Assembly: GCA_027031765.1 (NCBI GenBank)
Contig: JALVPN010000217.1
Coordinates: forward strand, 1 to 32,000
Reading direction: 5' to 3'
From: Promethearchaeota archaeon
Lineage (GTDB): Archaea; Asgardarchaeota; Thorarchaeia; Thorarchaeales; Thorarchaeaceae
DNA: 32,000 nt
Positions 9,384 through 17,889 of this stretch are shown here, piece after piece; the stretch's first letter is position 1, and each line of letters starts with the position of its first letter. The position numbers and the translations under genes were made by a program. The notes beneath the pieces are model-generated. The model made no database searches, was not told the DNA's origin, and saw nothing but the letters and a program-made list of their open reading frames with translations.

Positions 9384-10280
9384 CTAGGCGAGTGCTGATG
9401 GAATCTCTGTAACGAGCCTGTGAAGAGACTTTCGTACCGCACTTTCACCGAGCTCGAAAACAAGGGGGCCAGAGAAACGGTCAGCCACCAGCCTCAAGAA
9501 GAACGCCCTGATTGGTAAAGAGCCATCCCCGAGGGGGAGGTGGTCTTTAGGTACGAGGACACCACCACACTCGGACACGTACCCGTCATGGAGATGGATT
9601 TCAACTATGCGGTCACGGTTTGCACGGTAGAACTCAAGGAGGGGCTCGTCACCGGAAGACTTCGCAAGGATGTGGCCCGTGTCAAGACAGATGCCCGTGT
9701 CGAACTCGTCAACAACCATGCGAGTCGCGGCAAACGGGAACGACACATTCTCTACTGCCAACAGTCGTGGGTCAATCTCGCTCTGCACGAGTATTTCTTC
9801 CAGGCTCTGGGCGGAATACCTGTTGACCAGTGTCAGCACGACCGGCGTTGCACTCTCGGGGAGGCCCATCCTCAGGAGGGCCGAGGCAAGGCTACCGGTG
9901 AGATGGAGGACATAGGCCTCCGGCTCAAGTGGTCCCACATGTCGGATGGCATCCACCACGGTCTTGACACTGGCGGCCCGTACAGCATCATTGGGACTTG
10001 AGAGCTCTACAGACCAGATGGGCAGATGGACTGTGTACGAGTGGCCCATCTCATCTCGGAGGTCGCAGAGCTCCTGGATATGTCGGGATCCGAGCACGCC
10101 CGGGACAATATGTACTATGTCCATTGAGAGCTCAATGACACTGATATGGTCGATTTCTAGGGCCTTACGGACAAGTGCCGGGACTGAGAGCTGTGCCAGT
10201 GCTGCCAGTCCGTCGGATACGGAAGATGCAACAGCCCCCAACCCCAGAGGGAGCATACCGTAGCGCATAGGCACCAGCAC
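9384..10280 (-). CDS. Sugar phosphate isomerase/epimerase / AP-endonuclease-2 TIM-barrel protein
   Basis: Metal-ligand motifs TVHLP, AVENV, CLDTGH, EIHLHD, KDHLPLGDG and VFEL. Start 10280 (GTG) or 10268 (ATG). Confidence 0.8.
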   Translation of the reverse strand: MLVPMRYGMLPLGLGAVASSVSDGLAALAQLSVPALVRKALEIDHISVIELSMDIVHIVPGVLGSRHIQELCDLRDEMGHSYTVHLPIWSVELSSPNDAVRAASVKTVVDAIRHVGPLEPEAYVLHLTGSLASALLRMGLPESATPVVLTLVNRYSAQSLEEILVQSEIDPRLLAVENVSFPFAATRMVVDEFDTGICLDTGHILAKSSGDEPLLEFYRANRDRIVEIHLHDGYVSECGGVLVPKDHLPLGDGSLPIRAFFLRLVADRFSGPLVFELGESAVRKSLHRLVTEIPSALA

Positions 10281-10306
10281 ATCCCCCTACTGGGTTGTGC
10301 ATGACT

Positions 10307-10813
10307 CTATCTCCGGACTGGCAGCTTCACCAGTTCGTGCTGTGCCACCACCGGGTCGACGGATAGCACCTCGACCTTTGGCATTCGGTCACCCGCACGG
10401 ATCTTGCGGACAGCATCCATGCCCTCGACTACATGTCCGAACACAGTGTGACGCCCGTCAAGGTGGCGGCAGTTCCTCTCGTCCAGCACAATGAAGAACT
10501 GGCTGCCACCTGTGTCCCGACCTGCATGGGCCATTGACAGCGCCCCGGTGACATGCTTCTGACGGGGGCCATCAGTCTCGCAGGGTATGGCGTATCCCGG
10601 GCCGCCGCGTCCGGTACCAGTGGGGTCACCACCTTGGACTACAAAGTCATCCACGACACGGTGGAATGTGAGACCGTCGTAGAACCCGCTCTGAGCAAGG
10701 GTCACGAAGTTCTTCACAGTGTTGATTGCATCGTCGCCCCAGAGTTCAGCCACAATTGGGCCATGTTCTGTGTCAATCCTGACCTTGGTCACCACAACTT
10801 GCACCTTCAACAT
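10307..10813 (-). CDS. Cyclophilin-type peptidyl-prolyl cis-trans isomerase
   Basis: NFVTLAQSGFYDGLTFHRVVDDFVVQGGDP, GALSMAHAGRDTGGSQFFI, HTVFGHV. Confidence 0.95.
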   Translation of the reverse strand: MLKVQVVVTKVRIDTEHGPIVAELWGDDAINTVKNFVTLAQSGFYDGLTFHRVVDDFVVQGGDPTGTGRGGPGYAIPCETDGPRQKHVTGALSMAHAGRDTGGSQFFIVLDERNCRHLDGRHTVFGHVVEGMDAVRKIRAGDRMPKVEVLSVDPVVAQHELVKLPVRR

Positions 10814-10895
10814 AGATATACATGGAGTAGGATGGTTGAGGATACTCGTATGTGGTGGTGCTTAGCCTTGTCGGTCACGCAGTCCGCGGCGTGCC

Positions 10896-10903
10896 TTTTT
10901 AAG
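10896..10903 (+). promoter_or_regulatory. TATA box of the trm1-rlmE unit
   Basis: TTTTTAAG 36 nt upstream of ATG 10932, with an AGGTGA RBS in between. Confidence 0.55.
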
Positions 10904-10931
10904 AAGGGGAGTGGCACCTCAGGTGATCCTT

Positions 10932-12134
10932 ATGACAGCCCTCAAGGAGTACGTAGAGGGAAAGGTGACCTTCGTTGGCCCGGACATCGACCACTATACG
11001 GACAGTGCTGGACAGCCGACAGCATCCCTCCCGGTGTTCTACAACCCGCGGATGGCGGTCAACCGTGACTTTTCAGTCCTCTTCCTCACCACATACATGC
11101 GTGACAGAGACATAACTCGCATCTGCGAGCCCCTTGCGGGGACGGGAATCCGGACGCTCCGCTATCTAGTTGAGTGCCCCGGGGACTTCAGCGCAGTGAT
11201 GTTTGATGCGAACCCGCTTGCTGTAGAAGTGGCGCGCAAGAACGTCCAACTCCAGCGACTTGAGGGGCGGGCGAGGGTGATTCACGGGGATGCAAAGCTG
11301 CTCCTGTTGACAGAATCGCGTGAGAGGAGGTTCGACTTTGTCGACATCGACCCCTTCGGGTCACCAACACCATATCTCAACGCGGCGATACAGTCAATCA
11401 GGCCACGCGAGGGACTGATTGGCATCACAGCCACAGATATGCCGGTCCTGTGCGGAGTCTACCCACATGTAGCCCTCCGAAAGTATGGTGGCCTCTCCAT
11501 GCGCACACCAGTGACTCATGAGATTGCACTCAGGCTCCTAGTCCACAGGGTGTACCATGTTGCAGGGATGAATGACTTCTCGGTACGATTGCTGGCGTCT
11601 CTCAGTACCGACCACTACGTCAGGATATGGATGAGTGTCCGGCGTGAGAAGCATGTGGCAAACCGCCAGACAAGAGATATTGGGGTTGTCCTCTACTGTC
11701 CCGGGTGCCAAGCAGTACAGGTACGGAGCATACAGGATTTGGCCCGCCAGGACACATTCGAGCACGAAACACCCGAGTGTAGACAGGAGGCGCGGATAGC
11801 GGGGCCACTCTGGACAGGCCCGCTGTTCGACAGGCACTTCATGCAGAGTGCGGAAAAGGCAATGACCAAGGGTGCCTTTGAGTTCACGAGGAGGACACAC
11901 AGGCTGTTCGACCGTATGCTTGCCGAGTGCCAACACACACAGTATCCATTCTATGACGTCCATGTGCTGTGTGATATGCGTGGACTGAGCCCACCAGCTA
12001 TTGAGGACGTAGTGACTGCGCTCGTAGAACAGGGTTACCTAGCCGCTAGGACCCATATCAGACCGACTGGAATCCGCACAAATGCGACTGCGGGGGCAGT
12101 CGGAAAGATTATTGAAGAAATATCCAGGGGGTGA
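10932..12134 (+). CDS. trm1: tRNA (guanine26-N2)-dimethyltransferase Trm1
   Basis: VFYNPRMAVNRD, EPLAGTGIRTLR, DFVDIDPFGSP, TATD..VLCG, CxxC zinc region, GPLWTGPL, HIRPTGIRTNA. Confidence 0.96.
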   Translation: MTALKEYVEGKVTFVGPDIDHYTDSAGQPTASLPVFYNPRMAVNRDFSVLFLTTYMRDRDITRICEPLAGTGIRTLRYLVECPGDFSAVMFDANPLAVEVARKNVQLQRLEGRARVIHGDAKLLLLTESRERRFDFVDIDPFGSPTPYLNAAIQSIRPREGLIGITATDMPVLCGVYPHVALRKYGGLSMRTPVTHEIALRLLVHRVYHVAGMNDFSVRLLASLSTDHYVRIWMSVRREKHVANRQTRDIGVVLYCPGCQAVQVRSIQDLARQDTFEHETPECRQEARIAGPLWTGPLFDRHFMQSAEKAMTKGAFEFTRRTHRLFDRMLAECQHTQYPFYDVHVLCDMRGLSPPAIEDVVTALVEQGYLAARTHIRPTGIRTNATAGAVGKIIEEISRG

Positions 12135-12140
12135 CCAACA

Positions 12141-12737
12141 ATGGGACGCCCCAAGAAGCTGCATCGAAAGGAACACTACTACCGGGAGGCGAAGAGACGT
12201 GGCTATCGGGCGAGGTCAGCATTCAAGCTAATGCAGATTGCAAAGACACACCACCTGCTCCGTGGTGTGAGCACCGTCGTGGAGCTCTGCTCAAGCCCAG
12301 GGGGCTGGACTCAAGTCATCCGGCAGCTCAGCAACACCGCAAGGATCATAGCAGTAGACCTTGCCCCAATGGAGCCCCTAGAGGGGGTCATATTCATACA
12401 GGGCGACATTACCGACCCGGACACTGTCGAGAAGATTGTTGCGGCAGCTGGTAGTCGCGTAGACCTAGTGCTCTCAGACTGTTCGCCGAAGGTCACGGGC
12501 TACTGGGAGGTCGATGTCGCCCGGCAGCTGGCGTTGGCTGAAACAACAATTGAGATAGGACACAGACTGCTCGGCCGCAATGGAAAGGTACTTGCAAAGG
12601 TGTTCCAAGGGCCCGGGTTCCAAGAGTTCCTCAGGACTGCACGGGGCCGTTTCCATACTGTGAGGCTTTTGAAACCAGACGCCTCTAGGAGGACCAGCGC
12701 AGAAGTCTACCTGCTAGGTATTGGGCCAGTACCATGA
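12141..12737 (+). CDS. rlmE: 23S rRNA (uridine-2'-O)-methyltransferase RlmE/FtsJ
   Basis: YRARSAFKL, ELCSSPGGWTQ, AVDL, QGDIT, VLSDCSP, KVFQG, KPDASR..SAEVY (K-D-K-E tetrad). Confidence 0.95.
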   Translation: MGRPKKLHRKEHYYREAKRRGYRARSAFKLMQIAKTHHLLRGVSTVVELCSSPGGWTQVIRQLSNTARIIAVDLAPMEPLEGVIFIQGDITDPDTVEKIVAAAGSRVDLVLSDCSPKVTGYWEVDVARQLALAETTIEIGHRLLGRNGKVLAKVFQGPGFQEFLRTARGRFHTVRLLKPDASRRTSAEVYLLGIGPVP

Positions 12738-12779
12738 CTGGAAGGCCGACAAGTGCGGCCCGACCACAGAACAGAGTGC

Positions 12780-13121
12780 TCAACCGAAACGCATCCATTC
12801 CTCAAGCTCTCTGCAAGTCGCGGGAGAGTCCGGTTGACGGAGACCACACCTGTCAATCTTGAGGCAGTGAAAGCATGGACACCCATTTAGGTCAGATAGA
12901 CCGCGGCCCTCATGAGAGTTCTCCACCTGCGCCCTCACAATGGGGCGATTGTCCTTTAGTTCCTGTGTCTGCAATACGAGTCCCTCTGATGTCAGTTGTT
13001 CGAGTGTGATTGTAACAGTCTTCGAGTCGATGCCTAGTCTGTCCACGAGCTCGTCGATGAACAGTCCCGCACTGCCGGCAGCACGCAGAGCTGACAGTAT
13101 TTGGGCTGCTACATCATTCAT
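12780..13121 (-). CDS. TFE-beta / RPC34-like transcription factor (winged helix plus 4Fe-4S cysteine motif)
   Basis: N-terminal wHTH (ILSALRAAGSAGLFIDELVDRLGIDSKTVTITLEQL); C-terminal PCFHC-x5-C-x10-C-xxLxxW; lies next to gar1 and trm1. Start ATG 13121 preferred over the ORF-track 13253. Confidence 0.8.
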   Translation of the reverse strand: MNDVAAQILSALRAAGSAGLFIDELVDRLGIDSKTVTITLEQLTSEGLVLQTQELKDNRPIVRAQVENSHEGRGLSDLNGCPCFHCLKIDRCGLRQPDSPATCRELEEWMRFG

Positions 13122-13252
13122 TTGTATGACCCTTTCAAATGGACGGATGGCAGACTCAATCGAGGCATATTGACTATTATTTAGATTTCGGAAGGTGCCA
13201 CGTTGTACGCTGGTAGCGACACGGGATGGACAATGTTGTACAGATGTGAACA

Positions 13253-13504
13253 CTACTCCCTTCGGACTACATATAACAACTGGCCGACAAGATGGCCTGC
13301 CAGTTCGCGGTTGTCAGGACGCACTGCAACATATGGACGCCTGACCGGGCCGAACACATCAATCACAGTGCCAACACGGTTCGCTCTCTTGTCAAGTACA
13401 ACAGCATGGGGGCCCATTGGAGGCGTCTTGTCCGTGCGGAGAATCAAGGAGCCCCGCCGAGATACGTGGAGAACAGTCCCGAGACGGCGCAAGTATACAC
13501 TCAC
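13253..13504 (-). CDS. gar1: H/ACA RNP component Gar1/Naf1
   Basis: RLGTVLH, VGTVIDVFGPVRRPYVAV. Start 13504 (GTG) or 13492 (TTG). Confidence 0.92.
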   Translation of the reverse strand: MSVYLRRLGTVLHVSRRGSLILRTDKTPPMGPHAVVLDKRANRVGTVIDVFGPVRRPYVAVRPDNRELAGHLVGQLLYVVRRE

Positions 13505-13517
13505 ACTCCCTGCCCGG

Positions 13518-13865
13518 CTACCGGCGCCTCTTCTTGCGACGTTTCTGCGAGGCCTGCTGTTCAGCTGCGATGCGTCGTGCTACAATCCGGCGCACTTGCT
13601 TGGCCAGCATCAGCAGCAGCCGCTTTTTTGAATGACCAGGGCTACGTACTACGATGTACCCCGGATGCGTGTCATGCCAGACCCGTGGATAGCGCTTGTC
13701 ACTCAAGACCTCATACTCAAGGGAGAGCGCACCGGCCGCCTCTGCGAGCATGTCGACCGTCACATCCGGGGCGGCAAGGTTCGAGGCAATCCTACGCCCC
13801 TGTGCCCTGCTAAGCTTCGAGTCCAGATATACTGGCCACACAATGGTGCCATTCTTCTTACGCAT
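13518..13865 (-). CDS. srp19: Signal recognition particle protein SRP19
   Basis: IVWPVYLDSKLSRAQGRRI, KRYPR, KKRLL motifs. Confidence 0.95.
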   Translation of the reverse strand: MRKKNGTIVWPVYLDSKLSRAQGRRIASNLAAPDVTVDMLAEAAGALSLEYEVLSDKRYPRVWHDTHPGYIVVRSPGHSKKRLLLMLAKQVRRIVARRIAAEQQASQKRRKKRRR

Positions 13866-14100
13866 GTGAGTAGTGCCCCTTCATATCATCGTTACTGTAG
13901 AATGAGGTCTTTGCAGACATCTTTTTACCTTTCCTCTTTGGGTGGACTGTGATGCCCATGCCATGGGCGGTCGTGGCCGCATGCAACAGGCACGAGAGAA
14001 GGAATCCGAGAGAACGGACATATGGAAAATAGAGGAGTCTGGGTAGCACAGACTAGAGTCTTGCCTGACCAAGGTGAACCGATGTCAAGACGTCACAGGA

Positions 14101-14120
14101 TATGAAGGGATTCCTTCATA
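14101..14120. promoter_or_regulatory. Perfect 8-bp inverted repeat (candidate operator)
   Basis: TATGAAGG-GATT-CCTTCATA in the divergent srp19 / dCMP deaminase intergenic region. Confidence 0.45.
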
Positions 14121-14179
14121 AGCAGGAAATCCAGACCTATGGTGAGAACCAACAACACCAGACAGGGGACAATGTGTGA

Positions 14180-14698
14180 TTGAAGCGGAAGAGCAAGGAT
14201 GTGTACTTTCTTGAAATAGCAGACCTCGTGTCCTCGCGGAGCACCTGCCTTCGGAACCAAGTCGGTGCCGTCATTGTCAAGGACTCTCAGATACTCTCAA
14301 CAGGGTACAATGGTGCGCCAAAGGGGCTTGCACATTGTGATGCGGTGGGCTGCATGCGGGAACGGCTTGGACTGAAGTCAGGTGAACGCCATGAGCTGTG
14401 TAGGGGGCTCCATGCCGAACAGAACGCGATAATACAGGCAGCGTACCACGGCGTATCTGTGAAGGGTGCGAAGATATATGTCACCACCAAGCCATGCAGC
14501 ATCTGCACAAAGATGCTAATCAATGCGGGGATCGAGGAGGTCGTCTATATTGAGGACTATCACGATGAGCTCTCAGAGCAGTTGCTCAGGGAGGCGGAGC
14601 TGACCGTACGCCAAGTGCATGTGACACGGGTCTATGGACGACATGGGACCGGACAGAAGAGGACAGGGCCAGACACACAGTCAGGCCTGAAGAGTTAA
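14180..14698 (+). CDS. dCMP deaminase (ComEB-like cytidine/deoxycytidylate deaminase)
   Basis: [28 protein letters not shown] and PCSIC zinc motifs. Confidence 0.92.
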   Translation: MKRKSKDVYFLEIADLVSSRSTCLRNQVGAVIVKDSQILSTGYNGAPKGLAHCDAVGCMRERLGLKSGERHELCRGLHAEQNAIIQAAYHGVSVKGAKIYVTTKPCSICTKMLINAGIEEVVYIEDYHDELSEQLLREAELTVRQVHVTRVYGRHGTGQKRTGPDTQSGLKS

Positions 14699-14742
14699 AG
14701 GCAGACCCCAAGGAAACAACAAGAAATAGGGTGTGAGCCCAG

Positions 14743-15657
14743 ATGGGACGGTTTCACAACCTAATCAGCATTCATGACCTCACGAGAGAGGACATTGACC
14801 TGATACTCAAGACAGCAGCAGAGATGGAGCGTCTGACCGGGCAGTGGGGCAGGCTCCTGCAGGGGCGCATAATGGCCTGTCTGTTCTTTGAGCCATCTAC
14901 CAGGACACGTCTCTCCTTTGAGAGTGCAATGTTGCGACTTGGGGGAAATGTGTTGGGCTTTGCTGATGTTTCAGTGTCGAGCGCCGGAGGGAAGGGTGAA
15001 ACACTTGCAGACACGGTTCGCACGGTCGAACAGTATGCCGACGTGATAGTGATAAGACACCCCCTTGACGGGTCGGCTAGGGTCGCGGCCGAGTTCGCAA
15101 CGGTGCCGGTCATAAATGCAGGAAGTGGTGCTGAGGAGCATCCGACGCAGGCACTGCTGGATCTGTACTCGATATGGAAGTTGAAGGGCCGGATAGACGG
15201 GCTCACAATCTCTCTGTGTGGGGACTTGAAGTATGGGCGAACCGTCCATTCCCTCGGCATTGCACTGTCGCGGTATGATGTCAGGATTAGACTTGCTTCA
15301 CCACCCACACTCAGGATGAAGCCGACAATTGTCCAAGACATGGAGCAGGCAGGAATTGAGGTCACACAGACAGACAGCCTTATCGAGGCGGTCACAGATG
15401 TCGACGTTGTGTACATGACACGCATACAGAAGGAGCGGTTCCCTGACATCACCGAGTATGACAAGATAAAGGACAAGTTCAGGATCACGATGTCTGAGGT
15501 CAAGCGGATGCGGGACGACACCATAATCCTGCACCCCCTGCCACGTGTCGGGGAGATAGACCCCGAGGTCGACCCCACACCTAATGCCAAGTACTTCGAG
15601 CAGGTGTACAATGGTGTAATCACGAGAATGGCAATCCTCAGACTCATCTTGGAGTGA
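14743..15657 (+). CDS. pyrB: Aspartate carbamoyltransferase catalytic subunit
   Basis: FFEPSTRTRLSF, KGETLADT, HPTQALLD, GDLKYGRTVHS, YMTRIQKER, HPLPR. Confidence 0.98.
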   Translation: MGRFHNLISIHDLTREDIDLILKTAAEMERLTGQWGRLLQGRIMACLFFEPSTRTRLSFESAMLRLGGNVLGFADVSVSSAGGKGETLADTVRTVEQYADVIVIRHPLDGSARVAAEFATVPVINAGSGAEEHPTQALLDLYSIWKLKGRIDGLTISLCGDLKYGRTVHSLGIALSRYDVRIRLASPPTLRMKPTIVQDMEQAGIEVTQTDSLIEAVTDVDVVYMTRIQKERFPDITEYDKIKDKFRITMSEVKRMRDDTIILHPLPRVGEIDPEVDPTPNAKYFEQVYNGVITRMAILRLILE

Positions 15658-16393
15658 GCCCGTGCAGTTCATCCGGGGCCATGGCTTTCAGTGCACGGAC
15701 GAGGGCCTCGACAGAGCGCTCATTGCAGGTAGCAAGAGGGATGTGCATCTGTTCGGCAAGGTCTATTGCAAGACGGTCGACCCGGGTGGCGCCATGGAGG
15801 ACGACCATGCCGGGTCTGAACTGCTGCGACTTGATGGCAATCATTGCAGCCCGCCCATTTGTGACTGCTGTAAACAGGAGACAGCGCTCCGTGGCAGCAC
15901 CAAAGAGACGCAGGAAGTCCTCGCTCTCAAGTTCTTTGACAGCCCGCTCCAGGTCTACAAGGGAGTATCCATAAATCTCCCGATCCATCAGGTCATGACC
16001 CGTGAGGGCCTGACAGTCAAGACCGTTGCAGAACTCGGTACAGGTCATTGGCCATGCAAAGTCGTTCATCGCAAGTACTATGTTGAGGTCGACGAGGTTC
16101 ACATCCATCAGGCGCACGAACGCTGCGACCACCTGGCCACCCTTCTGTTCATCGAGGGCCAACAGGGCCAGTACAAACCTGCGGATTGTGGATGTGCCAG
16201 GTGACTTGCGCCGGCCAGACTCATAGTCACTGATGACACTGGGACTCACACCCAAGTACTCAGCCAGTTCGACCTGTGGTAGGCGGAACCGCTCCCTCCA
16301 TGTCCGCATCGCACGGCCCGGACTGTCAGACAGTGCAATCTCGCCTGCGATACGCCTTGCAAGTTGCTCCCGGGCAGGGGCGTGGGCAGACAT
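15644..16393 (-). CDS. Archaeal XRE-type HTH transcriptional regulator (COG1709-like)
   Basis: IAGEIALSDSPGRAMRTWRERF..Q.ELA.YLGVSPSVISDYESGRRKSPG; C-terminal FTAVTNGRAAMIAIK. Confidence 0.88.
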   Translation of the reverse strand: MSAHAPAREQLARRIAGEIALSDSPGRAMRTWRERFRLPQVELAEYLGVSPSVISDYESGRRKSPGTSTIRRFVLALLALDEQKGGQVVAAFVRLMDVNLVDLNIVLAMNDFAWPMTCTEFCNGLDCQALTGHDLMDREIYGYSLVDLERAVKELESEDFLRLFGAATERCLLFTAVTNGRAAMIAIKSQQFRPGMVVLHGATRVDRLAIDLAEQMHIPLATCNERSVEALVRALKAMAPDELHGLTPR

Positions 16394-16490
16394 TCTGTCA
16401 GGAGCTGCCCGACATCCGAAGATAAGAGTTTCGACTATTGACGAAGTGGGGTTGGACTCTTGGCGTCAGGGTCTGGGAGCAAGTGTGAAA

Positions 16491-16598
16491 TGGTGGGCCG
16501 GACGAGATTTGAACTCGCGATCCCTTGGACCCAAACCAAGGATCAGTTTGGTGGGGCCATGGACACGCAGCCCCAATACCAAGCTAGACCACCGACCC
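16491..16598 (-). tRNA. tRNA-Pro(UGG) with a 31-nt intron at position 21/22 (intron 16546-16576)
   Basis: Minus strand GGGTCGG TG GTCT AGCTTGGTA [intron] TGAT C CTTGG TTTGGGT CCAAG GGATC GCGAG TTCAAAT CTCGT CCGGCCC ACCA. Removing the intron restores a 77-nt cloverleaf; the splice sites form a bulge-helix-bulge. Confidence 0.93.
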
Positions 16599-16628
16599 AC
16601 AACTGTGGATATTCAGGATTGATGAAGG

Positions 16629-16635
16629 AATTTAA
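16629..16635 (-). promoter_or_regulatory. TATA box of tRNA-Pro
   Basis: Minus strand GAAATGG-TTAAATT starting about 37 nt upstream of the tRNA 5' end. Confidence 0.55.
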
Positions 16636-16861
16636 CCATTTCTGCATGTGTCGCTTGCGGGACAGAGAGACTATTGGACTGGCCGCATCGGGACTGATTG
16701 AAAGGGGGTAGCCCCGCCTGTTAGGGACGTGATGCAGGGGGAGATGAGCCCAGTTGTGCAGCATAACTAGGGACATACTGCAGACGGGCGGGCGACCACC
16801 TGACGGCAAGCCTTAAAACGTAAGTGGGAGAACTCGTATCGCACAAGAGAGGAACAGGACA

Positions 16862-17023
16862 ATGCCAGGCTCACATGGTTCACTGACAAAGGCTGGAAAG
16901 GTACGGGAGTCCACACCGAAGGTACCAGCCCGTGAACGTCATACCCCAATCCCAAGGATTCGTAACAAGAGGAACTACGTCAAGCGCTTTATCCGTGGAC
17001 AGATTGTCGGTGTACGCAGGTAG
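16862..17023 (+). CDS. rps30e: Ribosomal protein eS30 (53 aa, below the ORF-track cutoff)
   Basis: MPGSHGSLTKAGKVRESTPKVPARERHTPIPRIRNKRNYVKRFIRGQIVGVRR*, with the HGSLTKAGKVR..TPK signature; TTAAAA at 16813-16818. Confidence 0.96.
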   Translation: MPGSHGSLTKAGKVRESTPKVPARERHTPIPRIRNKRNYVKRFIRGQIVGVRR

Positions 17024-17067
17024 GAGCTTGTCGAGCACCTGTTGGAACAGCAGGTGTCCAGGCCAGA

Positions 17068-17889
17068 CTAGAACCTGAGTCTACGGCCGGTCGAGTCGCG
17101 ATAGAACATCCCAAAGTCTGAGGGCTCTGCAAGTACAGATGATGTGAAGACAGGCCCATCCTTACATACGAGTAGTCCTGTGGGGTCGAGGACGCAGCTC
17201 CCACAGATACCACAGCCACACTTCATGATGCGCTCCAGTGAGACCTGGTAGTCTGTGCCGGACTCCTCAGCAAGGCGTACCAGCGAGACAAGCATTGGTT
17301 CGGGGCCACATGCATACACCATATCAAATACGCCCTCGGCCATCAGGGCACCTGCGAGCTCGTGCGCAAGACCGTGGAACCCCATGGAACCGTCGTCGGT
17401 AGCGACTTCCAAACGGAGGCCGCTCACTTGTGGGAGGTCGTACAGCAACAGAGAGTGCGAGGTCCGGGCTGCCACTATCACGGTAGTCTGTACTCCCTGA
17501 CTTGCCAGCTCGTGCACTAAGAAGCGCAGTGGTGCGACGCCAACCCCCCCGCCCACCACAAGTGGGCTAGATGTATCTAGGGAGAAGTGTGTGCCGAACG
17601 GGCCGCGCACCCCGATGCGGTCACCCGGGTGGAGGGACGCAAGTGCATGTGTAGCCTCGCCGACCACCTGGACAGTGATTGCAGCGGTGTCATGTCCAGA
17701 GTAAGAGATGCTCATGGGGATCTCATCAACGTCTGGCACCCACACCATCAGGAACTGGCCGGGTCTGGCGTCAACCAGAGAGGGAGGGCGTCGGAAGTAC
17801 AGAGTGACCGTGGAGTCGTTCTCCTTGTCCCGCCGTACAATCTCGCACGTTGTGGGGTTGCCGACCAGCGTGTCCATATTCACCGTCAT
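17068..17889 (-). CDS. pyrK: Dihydroorotate dehydrogenase electron transfer subunit
   Basis: RPGQFLMVW, GVRGPFG, VGGGVGVAPL, YACGPEPM, MKCGCGICGSC...CKDGPVF 2Fe-2S motif; ATG overlaps the pyrD TGA (alternative start 17898). Confidence 0.95.
   Translation of the reverse strand: MTVNMDTLVGNPTTCEIVRRDKENDSTVTLYFRRPPSLVDARPGQFLMVWVPDVDEIPMSISYSGHDTAAITVQVVGEATHALASLHPGDRIGVRGPFGTHFSLDTSSPLVVGGGVGVAPLRFLVHELASQGVQTTVIVAARTSHSLLLYDLPQVSGLRLEVATDDGSMGFHGLAHELAGALMAEGVFDMVYACGPEPMLVSLVRLAEESGTDYQVSLERIMKCGCGICGSCVLDPTGLLVCKDGPVFTSSVLAEPSDFGMFYRDSTGRRLRF

Noticed and set aside
9384-10280. Assignment as cobamide-remodelling CbiR or as endonuclease IV
   Set aside because: Only the generic TIM-barrel metal ligands are visible, and there are no cobamide or repair genes nearby to support a specific call.
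13866-14179. Expected rps8e or RNase P/SRP RNA next to srp19
   Set aside because: No eS8 translation in any frame. GAGGAAAG on the minus strand is not followed by the RNase P GUCC/P4 elements, and no SRP helix-8 GGAA/AGCAG motif was found.
16620-16697. TGATGA...CTGA pair resembling a C/D sRNA
   Set aside because: Too long, no internal D'/C' boxes, and it overlaps the tRNA-Pro promoter on the other strand.
16233-16711. ORFs 16233..16622 and 16460..16711
   Set aside because: They overlap tRNA-Pro and the HTH gene; no coding signature.
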